A stretch of 64,000 nt of DNA, from positions 28,406-92,405 of the IMG/VR virus record IMGVR_UViG_3300008262_000017; one strand, written 5' to 3'. This DNA is from a virus. This document shows positions 49,079 to 58,600 of the stretch, piece after piece (the stretch's first letter is position 1; each line of letters begins with the position of its first letter). A model generated the notes under the pieces. It saw only the letters and a list, made by a program, of their open reading frames with translations. It made no database searches and was not told the origin of the DNA. A program made the position numbers and the translations under genes.

Positions 49079-49321
49079 ATGATACTTAGAGAGCTTTTTT
49101 ATATTGATCAAGATACCAAAATGGTATCTAACGACTTGCGTTATGACGGCAGTAATGATCGACTTATGCCTTTAAAAAGAAAAGACACTAGAAAAACTCG
49201 GTTAACTTTAAAACAAATTAACGAACTTAGAAAAGCCTCTGAGCAACACATTCTTGAACAAGAAAAAGAATTGGAATTTATAGAACAGATGTACAAAGCA
49301 CCTGAAGCACCTCCTGCTTAA
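49079..49321 (+). CDS. Small head-module protein
   Basis: DTRKTRLTLKQINELRK; lies between portal and core genes. Confidence 0.7.
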   Translation: MILRELFYIDQDTKMVSNDLRYDGSNDRLMPLKRKDTRKTRLTLKQINELRKASEQHILEQEKELEFIEQMYKAPEAPPA

Positions 49322-49372
49322 ATAAAATCCTTAAAAAAACACCATTTTTAATACCATTTTTACATATATATG

Positions 49373-49378
49373 TAAATA
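49373..49378 (+). promoter_or_regulatory. gp55-type late promoter for the core/protease/scaffold/capsid genes
   Basis: TAAATA upstream of the AAGGAG SD of 49414. Confidence 0.55.
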
Positions 49379-49413
49379 TACTAGACAGCCTTGCACATAT
49401 AAAGGAGAAACAT

Positions 49414-50313
49414 ATGACTGATCGAAGCAAGTTCGAGCAGATGCTCGAATATCTAATTTCCGAAGAACAGGAAAAAGCAAAAGAAATTTTTCACCAACTA
49501 GTGGTTGAAAAATCTCGCGAAATTTATGAAACAATCTTAGCTGAAGATTTTAACGAAGCTGAAGACGAAGAAGTCGAAGAAGGAATGGAAGTTACCTTCC
49601 GTGAAACTGACGACGAAATGGACATGGGCGAAGCCGATGACGAAATGGACATGATGGGCGGAGAAGACGATGGCGACATCGGCGGCGACGCAACAGATGA
49701 CTTCATGGGAGACATTGAAGGCGGCGACGAAGAAGGTATGGACGGCGCAGAAGGTGAAGGCGATATTGAAGATCGCGTTATGGACCTAGAAGACGCACTT
49801 GACGACCTACGTGCAGAATTTGAACAAATGATGGGCGACGAAGGCGGCGAAGAAGCTGACGACGAAATGGGCGCAGACGACGAAATGGGTGCCGATGACG
49901 AAGAAGGTGAAGAAGACGAAGAAGAAATCAAAGACAGCTTTGATGTAAGTGACAACTTCATGCGCGAGTACATTGAAAAAGTAACTGGCGGTCACGGCGC
50001 AGAAAAGAAAAGCAGCGGCGACAACGGCGACAATGTCCGTAGTCCAGTAGCTGGTAAGAACGATATGGGCGGTACAACTGCCAACATCGCAAAAGGTGGT
50101 GAAGCTGGCGGTAAAGGCGTACAAAGCGGTTTACTAAAGCCAAACACTACAGAAGAAAATTTCGGCAACATTAACGTTCCAGGCGGCAATGCTGGTAAGA
50201 CAGCATTCAAGAAGAAAGAGCCAGGACACGGTGCTGAAAGAAAAGGCAGTGGAGATATGGGCGACAAGAGTGCACAGAGTCCACTAAATGGCGCTCCTAA
50301 AAGAGCAAAGTAA
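49414..50313 (+). CDS. Acidic prohead core protein (gp67/gp68-like position)
   Basis: Very D/E-rich with ADDEMG repeats and LxE-type cleavage motifs; lies between portal and protease. Confidence 0.65.
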   Translation: MTDRSKFEQMLEYLISEEQEKAKEIFHQLVVEKSREIYETILAEDFNEAEDEEVEEGMEVTFRETDDEMDMGEADDEMDMMGGEDDGDIGGDATDDFMGDIEGGDEEGMDGAEGEGDIEDRVMDLEDALDDLRAEFEQMMGDEGGEEADDEMGADDEMGADDEEGEEDEEEIKDSFDVSDNFMREYIEKVTGGHGAEKKSSGDNGDNVRSPVAGKNDMGGTTANIAKGGEAGGKGVQSGLLKPNTTEENFGNINVPGGNAGKTAFKKKEPGHGAERKGSGDMGDKSAQSPLNGAPKRAK

Positions 50314-50325
50314 GCAGGTATATAG

Positions 50326-50955
50326 ATGAGCAATTATCTTCGTGAAAACCTGAGTTTTGATCAAGCAAGAATGGTCGTTGAGTCCGACGGCCAAGACGGC
50401 AAAAACCTTTACATGAAAGGTATTTGCATTCAAGGTGGCGTTAGGAATCAAAATCAGCGTGTTTATCCTGTTAATGAAATCGGCAGGGCTGTCAAGACCC
50501 TGAACGACCAAGTGACTGGTGGATACTCAGTTTTAGGCGAAGTTGATCATCCAGATGACCTAAGAATCAACCTTGATCGTGTGAGCCATATGATCACAGA
50601 AATGTGGATGGATGGCCCTAACGGTTATGGAAAATTAAAAATCCTTCCTACTCCAATGGGACAACTTGTTAAAGCAATGTTAGAAAGCGGAGTAAAGTTA
50701 GGAGTTAGTTCACGCGGATCCGGAAACGTCAAAGAAGACGGTTCCGGTGAAGTAAGTGATTTTGAGATTATTACAGTTGATGTAGTAGCTCAACCAAGTG
50801 CTCCAGGGGCATATCCTACACCGATCTATGAACACCTTATGAATAATAAGGGAGGTTATAGTAGCCTTCGTATAGCGAAGGAAGTGCAGGGAGATCCTAA
50901 GGCGCAAAAATACCTAAAAGAAAGCCTATTGAAAATAATAGGCGGACTCCAATAA
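50326..50955 (+). CDS. gp21: Prohead protease (T4 gp21-like)
   Basis: NQNQRVYP, LGEVDHP, VSHMI, LGVSSRGSG, DVVAQPSAPGAY. Confidence 0.95.
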   Translation: MSNYLRENLSFDQARMVVESDGQDGKNLYMKGICIQGGVRNQNQRVYPVNEIGRAVKTLNDQVTGGYSVLGEVDHPDDLRINLDRVSHMITEMWMDGPNGYGKLKILPTPMGQLVKAMLESGVKLGVSSRGSGNVKEDGSGEVSDFEIITVDVVAQPSAPGAYPTPIYEHLMNNKGGYSSLRIAKEVQGDPKAQKYLKESLLKIIGGLQ

Positions 50956-50968
50956 AGAGGAGAAACAC

Positions 50969-52057
50969 ATGTTGGAAGCATTAAAATCTCTGTTTGAAAA
51001 CAATGTAGTTTCTGAAGATGTTAGAGCAGAAATTGAGAACGCTTGGGAAAAACGAATCGTAGAGAATCGTGAACAAGTAACTCAACAACTAAGAGAAGAA
51101 TTCGCACAACGCTACGAACATGACAAGTCGCTCATGGTCGAAGCTGTTGATCGTATGTTGGGTGACCAACTACGCGAAGAAATCGCTCAATTCGTAGAAG
51201 ATCGTAAACAACTAGCCGAAGCTAAAGCTAAGGTTATGGTTAAAGCTAAAAAAGATGCACAGACAATGAAGGAATTCATTGTACGTCAACTAGCTACTGA
51301 AGTTAAAGATCTACACGAAGACCAAAAACAAATGGCAGAAAAGTTCATCACACTTGAACAATTTGTCGTTGAAGCACTAGCACAAGAAATTGCAGAGTTC
51401 CACACAGATAAACAAGAAATTGCAGAAACAAAAGTACGTTTAGTTCGTGAAGGACGTGAAGCCTTTGGTAAAGTCAAAGAACAATTCATTAAACGTGCAG
51501 CAGGTTTAGTAGAATCAGCAGTAGAACAAACTCTTACCAAAGAGATTGGTCAACTAAAAGAAGATATTGAAGCAGCTCGTCGCAACGACTTCGGTCGCAA
51601 GTTATTCGAAGCTTTTGCTAACGAATACCAAACTAGCTATCTAAGTGAAAGATCAGAAACAAGTAAATTGCTCAAAGTCATAGACTTGAAAGAGTTAGAA
51701 GTAGCCCAAGCTAAACATGCTGTAGTAGAGGCAAAACAACTCGCAGAAAGCAAAGAACAACAAATTAAGGCACTCGTGGAGAGTAGAGAACGTCAAGAAG
51801 TTATGAGTGAGTTATTAGCTCCTCTAGCACGTGATCAGAAAGTGATCATGACAGAACTTCTAGAAAGCGTTCAAACTCCAAAGCTACGCAATAGTTTTGA
51901 AAAATACTTGCCAGCTGTAGTAGCAGGCAAATCCACACAAACTCGTAAGGCACTAGTAGAGGCAAAAGAAGTAACAGGAAATAAAATTCCTAACAGCATA
52001 AGTAGTAGCGAAAACGATTCTAACATCATCGATATTAGACGTCTAGCTGGATTATAA
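50969..52057 (+). CDS. gp22: Prohead scaffolding protein (T4 gp22-like)
   Basis: Coiled-coil, E/K-rich; FGRKLFEAF motif; lies between protease and major capsid gene. Confidence 0.85.
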   Translation: MLEALKSLFENNVVSEDVRAEIENAWEKRIVENREQVTQQLREEFAQRYEHDKSLMVEAVDRMLGDQLREEIAQFVEDRKQLAEAKAKVMVKAKKDAQTMKEFIVRQLATEVKDLHEDQKQMAEKFITLEQFVVEALAQEIAEFHTDKQEIAETKVRLVREGREAFGKVKEQFIKRAAGLVESAVEQTLTKEIGQLKEDIEAARRNDFGRKLFEAFANEYQTSYLSERSETSKLLKVIDLKELEVAQAKHAVVEAKQLAESKEQQIKALVESRERQEVMSELLAPLARDQKVIMTELLESVQTPKLRNSFEKYLPAVVAGKSTQTRKALVEAKEVTGNKIPNSISSSENDSNIIDIRRLAGL

Positions 52058-52072
52058 TTCAAGGAGAAATAA

Positions 52073-53245
52073 ATGTCAGAACTACTCACTGGCCGTTGGA
52101 ACGAGACCAAGGAAGCCCTATTAGAAGGCCTACAAGGCACCCGTAAATCCACAATGGCTGTAACATTAGAAAATACACGCAAGTATCTTGCAGAAAGTGC
52201 TACAGCCGGCGCTACTTCTGCTGGTAACGTTGCAACTTTAAACCGCGTTATTCTACCGGTAATTCGTCGTGTAATGCCGACAGTTATCGCTAACGAACTA
52301 GTTGGTGTTCAACCGCTAACTGGTCCAGTAGGCCAAATTCACACTCTACGTGTCCGCTATAGCGATACAAGCTCTGGCGCTGGCGTTGTAGCTGGTGAAG
52401 AAGCATTCAGCCCATTCAAGATCGCTGAAGCTTATTCTGGTAACCAAAACAGTGGCAATCCTAAAGCAGCTAACACAGCCGCTCTAGAAGGCACTGCTGG
52501 TAACAGAATGAGCATTCAAATCTTGAAGCAAACTGTTGAAGCCAAGACCCGCAAGCTATCCGCTCGTTGGACATTCGAAGCTGCACAGGATGCACAAGCT
52601 CAGCAAGGTATTGATATCGAAGCTGAAATCATGGCTGCTCTAGCACAAGAAATTACTGCTGAAATCGACCAAGAGGTTCTAGGATCTCTAAGCGTATTAG
52701 CAGGCGCAGCAACACAGACTTATGACCAGTCTGCTGTTTCAGGTACTGCTACATTTGTTGGTGACGAACACGCTGCTTTAGCTGTTCAGATCAATCGTGT
52801 TGCTAACTTGATCGCTCAACGTACACGTCGTGGCGCAGGTAACTGGGCAGTTGTTTCCCCAACAGCTCTAACTATCCTACAAAGTGCTACAACAAGTGCG
52901 TTTGCTCGTACAACAGAAGGCACATTCGAAGCTCCAACAAACACTAAGTTCGTTGGTACATTGAACAATGCAATGAAGATCTATGTAAACACATATGCAA
53001 CATCTGATGATGTTCTTATTGGTTACAAAGGCGGCAGCGAGTCTGACGCAGCAGCATTCTACTGCCCATACGTTCCATTGATGAGCAGCGGTGTTGTATT
53101 AGATCCATCTACATTTGAACCAGTCGTATCATTCATGACACGTTATGGTTATGTAGAATTGACAAACACAGCGTCCTCTCTAGGTAACGCTGCTGACTAC
53201 TTAGGCAAAGTTGCTATTGCAACTGCTAAAGTTAAGTTTAGCTAA
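52073..53245 (+). CDS. gp23: Major capsid protein (T4 gp23-like)
   Basis: RRVMPTVIANELVGVQPLTGPVGQI, VEAKTRKLSARWTFEAAQD, FYCPYVPL, FMTRYG. Confidence 0.97.
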   Translation: MSELLTGRWNETKEALLEGLQGTRKSTMAVTLENTRKYLAESATAGATSAGNVATLNRVILPVIRRVMPTVIANELVGVQPLTGPVGQIHTLRVRYSDTSSGAGVVAGEEAFSPFKIAEAYSGNQNSGNPKAANTAALEGTAGNRMSIQILKQTVEAKTRKLSARWTFEAAQDAQAQQGIDIEAEIMAALAQEITAEIDQEVLGSLSVLAGAATQTYDQSAVSGTATFVGDEHAALAVQINRVANLIAQRTRRGAGNWAVVSPTALTILQSATTSAFARTTEGTFEAPTNTKFVGTLNNAMKIYVNTYATSDDVLIGYKGGSESDAAAFYCPYVPLMSSGVVLDPSTFEPVVSFMTRYGYVELTNTASSLGNAADYLGKVAIATAKVKFS

Positions 53246-53274
53246 TCAACATACCGAAAGGTTGTTAATTACTC

Positions 53275-53302
53275 AAAGGGCTCTTCGGAGCCCTTTTTCT
53301 TT
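53275..53302 (+). terminator. Rho-independent terminator after the major capsid gene
   Basis: AAAGGGCTC-TTCG-GAGCCCTTT followed by T-rich tail (cUUCGg loop). Confidence 0.92.
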
Positions 53303-53308
53303 ATCTGA

Positions 53309-53314
53309 TAAATA
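53309..53314 (+). promoter_or_regulatory. gp55-type late promoter (TAAATA)
   Basis: aTAAATA immediately after the terminator. Confidence 0.65.
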
Positions 53315-53398
53315 CATTGTCTAAAATGAAATCGCGCAAAGCGATGTTATGCAGTAACCCACTGCGTAGACCTAGAACGTCACTTAAAGGAGAAACAA

Positions 53399-54118
53399 AT
53401 GGGACGTCCATTACATAAAAAATATTTTGGTAACCGTAACACAGGTTCCACAAGCACAGAAGCTGATAATGGTATCGGCGGACAAGGCGTAGCAAGCGTA
53501 ACAATTGGTGGAGTATGGGCAGGATTCACAGCTCTTACGACTACAGTTACATTTACTGCACCAGACTTGCCAGGCGGCGTATTAGCAACAGGTACAGCAG
53601 TTATTGACGGCGGTGGCGCAGTTACTGGTGTTCTTATGACAGAAAACGGTTCTGGTTATACATCAGCACCTACAGTGACTATTGCTGACAGCGACGGCGG
53701 CGCAGAAACAACAGGCACAGCAACAGCAGTATTAACTGTTGATACTGGTGGTGTACCAGGCAGCACAACTAATCAAGAAAATGCTATCACAATGACTGGT
53801 CGTATTGTTGCAGGTGCAACTGTAGCACTTGATGTTATTAAACAAACTGGCTCACGTCGTTATCTAGCAACTGATGGTACAAACATTGGAGTTGTTGAAT
53901 TAGTAGGCGATGCAGTTGACGCAGCCGGCGAAGCAAACATTATTGCTACTGACAGTGCAAGCGGAACATATTATGTTACTAAAATAACTGCACATAGAGC
54001 ATTAGTTGTTCCAGGCACTGGTACACAATTTCCGTTAGTTGGCGGAAATCCTCAATCTATACCATGGGTACTAGATACTGCTGTTCTAAATACATCTGTT
54101 AAGATTTCTAATGCTTAA
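53399..54118 (+). CDS. Virion structural protein (possible head decoration or fibre)
   Basis: MGRPLHKKYFG start; G/T-rich with GSGYTSAPTVTI repeat; strong AAGGAG SD; follows gp23. Confidence 0.6.
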   Translation: MGRPLHKKYFGNRNTGSTSTEADNGIGGQGVASVTIGGVWAGFTALTTTVTFTAPDLPGGVLATGTAVIDGGGAVTGVLMTENGSGYTSAPTVTIADSDGGAETTGTATAVLTVDTGGVPGSTTNQENAITMTGRIVAGATVALDVIKQTGSRRYLATDGTNIGVVELVGDAVDAAGEANIIATDSASGTYYVTKITAHRALVVPGTGTQFPLVGGNPQSIPWVLDTAVLNTSVKISNA

Positions 54119-54136
54119 TAGTTAAGGAAATAGATA

Positions 54137-55309
54137 ATGTCAAAAATAGTTAGAGTTCAGAACGGAGATTATAAGATTGTAGTAGGAGCACAAAATGCTC
54201 CGGGTACTATCTATCTTGATACTAATCCTAATTCTGATAGAAATTTTTCTCAAGGAGAAGTAATTGTTACTGGAGATTTAACAGTCTTAGGTAAAAGCAC
54301 AATTATTCAATCTGAAACTTTAGCTATTACAGATAATATTATCTATCTTAATCAAGGAGAAACCGGAGACGGTGTAAGTACGCTTGGCACTACATCCGGT
54401 TTCCAAGTTGATAGAGGAAATTTAATTGACGTTTCTGTACTATGGGAAGAATCATCTGATTCTTTTAAATTTGTAGATGCTAACGATCAGTTTGTTCCAA
54501 TATCAACAAATAAAATTGTAACTCGCGGCGGAGATTTAAATTTAATTGCTAGCGGAAACGGAATTATTACAGTTACCGGAACAGTTGATTACGAAACAAA
54601 AGTTATTGACTATGCTAAACTAGCAACAGATTTTACAATTTTATTTGTTGAAAGAATTTCAAGTGTTGCACAAGTATATGTTTCTGAAAATCATTTATTA
54701 GTAGCAGGAGATGTTGTTGATATAACTTGCGGTAGTAATACAACATTTAACGGAACATTTATTCAAGTATTAGATGTTCCAACTCCTACGTCATTTACCT
54801 ATGCCAATATAGGATTGGATGTAGCAGTAGAACCTGCAAACGGAACTGTTCGTTTGAATCCTATTATTGATGATGATATTATTCCAAACATTCGAGCAGT
54901 TGCTGATTATACCAACTTCTTATTGCAAGCGGTTGCTATTAACAAAATTCAAGAAAACGATACCAAAGTACAAACTCGAGATTTAAGTACTTCTGGAGTA
55001 AGCGAAATAGTTTTTGATGTAGACGGTTCTCAAAGAGCAGTTATCAACAACAGTGGTTTAAATGTAGATAATATTAATATAAGAAACAACGCAATTACAA
55101 ACTTTTCAAATGACAATTTGTTAATCAACAGCGTTCTAAATATTGCAAATAGAACAGGAACACCAACTACTCCTATTGGTTATGTAAAAGTTTTTTCTAG
55201 AAACACTCCGGGCACTGGCGGTACTGGATTGTATTTTACAAATACTATTGGAACTACAGACGAGTTGATTAGTAAAACAAAAGCGTTACTTTACTCATTA
55301 ATATTATAA
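54137..55309 (+). CDS. Virion structural / fibre protein
   Basis: VTGDLTVLG..LAITDNIIYLN..GFQVDRG..WEESSDSF fibre-type module, similar to a segment of 8601..11291. Confidence 0.6.
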   Translation: MSKIVRVQNGDYKIVVGAQNAPGTIYLDTNPNSDRNFSQGEVIVTGDLTVLGKSTIIQSETLAITDNIIYLNQGETGDGVSTLGTTSGFQVDRGNLIDVSVLWEESSDSFKFVDANDQFVPISTNKIVTRGGDLNLIASGNGIITVTGTVDYETKVIDYAKLATDFTILFVERISSVAQVYVSENHLLVAGDVVDITCGSNTTFNGTFIQVLDVPTPTSFTYANIGLDVAVEPANGTVRLNPIIDDDIIPNIRAVADYTNFLLQAVAINKIQENDTKVQTRDLSTSGVSEIVFDVDGSQRAVINNSGLNVDNINIRNNAITNFSNDNLLINSVLNIANRTGTPTTPIGYVKVFSRNTPGTGGTGLYFTNTIGTTDELISKTKALLYSLIL

Positions 55310-55318
55310 GGATAAAAA

Positions 55319-55654
55319 ATGGCAATTTTAAGTACAACATTAACTAATACACCGATAGCTATTAGTCCTAATTTAAGTACAGACGCGGCTGTAACTGTAA
55401 TGCTTTTTTGTAATTTAAACAGTCCAGATCCGTTGGATCCTACAGCAGGAAAACAATTTATTGACATATATGCTGTTGCAAGTGGTAGCACTCCAACAAA
55501 TTTAAATAAAATTGCAAATCAAATTCCTATAGATGCCGGAGACACTTTTACTTTTAGTACTGAACGATTAGTGTTAGGACCAAATGATATCATTCATGCT
55601 TCAGCATCTGCACTAAATTCAGTTAGTGTTACAATTAGCTATGTAGTGATCTAA
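55319..55654 (+). CDS. Small virion structural protein
   Basis: 111-aa beta-sandwich-like ORF in the structural operon. Confidence 0.6.
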   Translation: MAILSTTLTNTPIAISPNLSTDAAVTVMLFCNLNSPDPLDPTAGKQFIDIYAVASGSTPTNLNKIANQIPIDAGDTFTFSTERLVLGPNDIIHASASALNSVSVTISYVVI

Positions 55655-55658
55655 AAAT

Positions 55659-58600
55659 ATGAAATACCTTCGCAGACAAAATTTAAACGTAAACAATGTT
55701 TTAGACAACACCGTTTTACAAGGTGCCGACGGAAACATTGAATTAAATCCAACCCAAAAAGTTACTATCAACGGTGACTTAAATTTTGGTCCTGGATTTG
55801 CTATACCTGGGACCGAAGTTACAAATGTAATGTATGTAACATTAGACGGTGACGATAATAACGATGGGTTCGGTGAAGGACCTAATCAAGCTAAAAGAAC
55901 ATTAAAATCAGCGTTAGAAGCTGCTGAACAAGACACTACTATTTTTGTTCGTAGCGGAGAATACTACGAAGATAATCCTTTAAGAGTTCCTCCAAAAGTT
56001 AGTATTATTGGAGACAATTTAAGAAATGTTATCATTCGTCCATTAAATGGTCCAAAATCTGCCAACGTAACATTTGTTGAAAAAACTGATGAAATTGTTA
56101 CAATAACAACAGAATCGCCTCACGGACTAGTTGTAGGAGATCGATTAAGAGTTAGAGTGCAATTAGGATCAATTATAAATGCAACTAGTATAATTCCAGG
56201 AAACAGATATAGAGTTTTAACAGTAGGAGATACTGATTTTGTTGCAATAGGATCTAAAGCAAATCAAATTGGAGACATTTTTAAAGCAACTGATGTTGGT
56301 ACTGGAACTGGAACAGTACAGTGGGTTGAAGTAGACGATGACGATGTAAACATATTAGAAGTTCCGTCAACAACAACAATAACATATCGACAAGTAGGAA
56401 GTGATGTTGTAGGTATATCAGCTGTAGGAAAGATAAAATGGGCTCCTGATTTATTTTTAGTAAACAGTAGAGTCTATCTAGCTAACATGGTTTTTAAAGG
56501 ACTAGCAGCACCAGCTTACTGTTTAAACATTGACGATGACGCGATAGTTGACACAAGTCCTTATATTCAAAATTGTAGTAATATCAATGGGCCTTGGTTA
56601 AAGAACGGTGAAGAGTGGTTACCGTTTCAAACTACACAGCCGGATCTTAATGGAAATCCTATTAAAGGACCAAGGCCTTTAGTAGATAATGAAGTAGATC
56701 CTACGCAATTAGCAGTTTACGGTATCGATACTGAAGGTGCAGGCGGCGGCATGTTGATTGACGGCGATCGTTATAGTAGCGAAAGTCCGATCAAATCTAT
56801 GGTTGCAGATGCGTTCACTCAAGTAGCACAAGGAGCTATCGGATTCCATATTACCAACTTTGGTTATATGCAGTTGGTTTCATGTTTTTCAGTATTTTGT
56901 AAAAAAGGATTCTATACAACTAGAGGCGGATATCTATCAATAAGTAACTCTGTTATTGACTTTGGTGACGAAGGATTTGTTGCAGACGGTTACTATCCTG
57001 ACCCTTATGGTTCAGGATTAGTAACACAAGATTATTATGGAAGTGTAATTTCAACTACAGTAAGTTTTGCAGGCTCTGGCTATACTGGAATTCCTACGGT
57101 CTATATTGAGCCTCCTACTTCACCAGGTGGAATTCAAGCTGAAGCAACTGCAAGTATTGATCCTATACTAGGAATTGTTAATGCTATTAATATAGAAAAT
57201 GAAGGAAGCGGATACGATTTTACTCCTGCGTTAACTATATCAGGAGGCGGCGCATCTCAAAATGCTACTGGTTTTGCAAATTTAAGAAAAAATGAATCTA
57301 TTGTAGTTTCGCAATTATCTAATAAGCCACAAGTTGGTAGTGTAATGTTTTTAGAAAATGATCCTATTGCATACTATGTAACACAAGTTACTGAAGATAA
57401 TTTTACTTTTAAATACGATCAACAAAAATGCCGAAGAGATGTTGGAATAATTTTAGATGCAGCGTTAGCTGACGCAGTGCTTAATTCTAATTACAGAAGT
57501 ACAAGTGCCGGTCTATCTTACTTAAGAAGTTATTCTAGTAAAGTTACAAGTGCTCAAAAAGCACAAACTATAGCAGGTATAAACGAAGCTAAGGCACAAG
57601 CATTAGCCTTGATAACCGACCCTGCATCTCTTGTAAGTATAGCAGCCGGATTTAATATTGTAACTTCTATAATTGAATTTGGTTCCTCAGTAGCTCCAAC
57701 AATTGTTAATTTAGATCCTGTAACAAACGAACCTGGATATACCGAAGCATCAAAAATTTTACTTGCAAACAAACAATTTATTGAAGATGAAATTATATCT
57801 TGGATTAACAGCAATACTAATTTTTCTTACAACGAAGCTAAATGTAAAAGAGACGTTGAATTAATTATCAAAGCAGTGTTAAGCGACATTGTATTTGGTT
57901 CAAATTATCAAACAATAACAGCAGGACTAGCTTATTTAAGAAGTTATTCTTCAGTAGTAATAGCAAGCCAGAAGGCACAGACTGTCGCAGGATTATTAAA
58001 AGCAAGAGATATTGCTATTAGTTTAATAACAGATGTATCTGTCATTAGTGATATTACTCAACGTTTTCAAATAATTGTTGATTTAATCAACAACGGCAAT
58101 CCTGGATCTGCCCCTTCTACAATAATGCCTATACCTGCAGGTGCAGACTTAGGCTATGTTAATGCATCTCAACAATTAACTGTTAACAAATCATTTATTG
58201 TTGAAGAACTTATTAGTTATATCAATGATAATTTATCACCTTTGGCTATTCCTGGATATAATGAAACAACATGCAGAAGAGATGCTGGATATTTAATTGA
58301 TGCTATTAAATTTGATTTACTCTACGGTGGAAACAGTGCAACTGTAACAGCCGCAAATTCGTATATAAACGGAGCAGCCAATGTAGTAGGAAGTCAATTA
58401 CCAGAACATGCTGATGTTTACGGACACCTAAAAGATTTTATTGATAACATTATTTTAGCTGATACAGCCGGTTGGACTAAATCTGTCAGTAATACTGCAA
58501 CACAAAATACTAGTTCAGCTGGAGGGGGTTCAGGATTCTCAGCTTCTAAAGCTCAAGACCTTGTACAAATAATTATCGATGTTATTGATTCAAGTGTTGT

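Noticed and set aside
49600-49925. GACGACGAAATGG repeats
   Set aside because: Coding ADDEMG low-complexity repeats typical of acidic core proteins.
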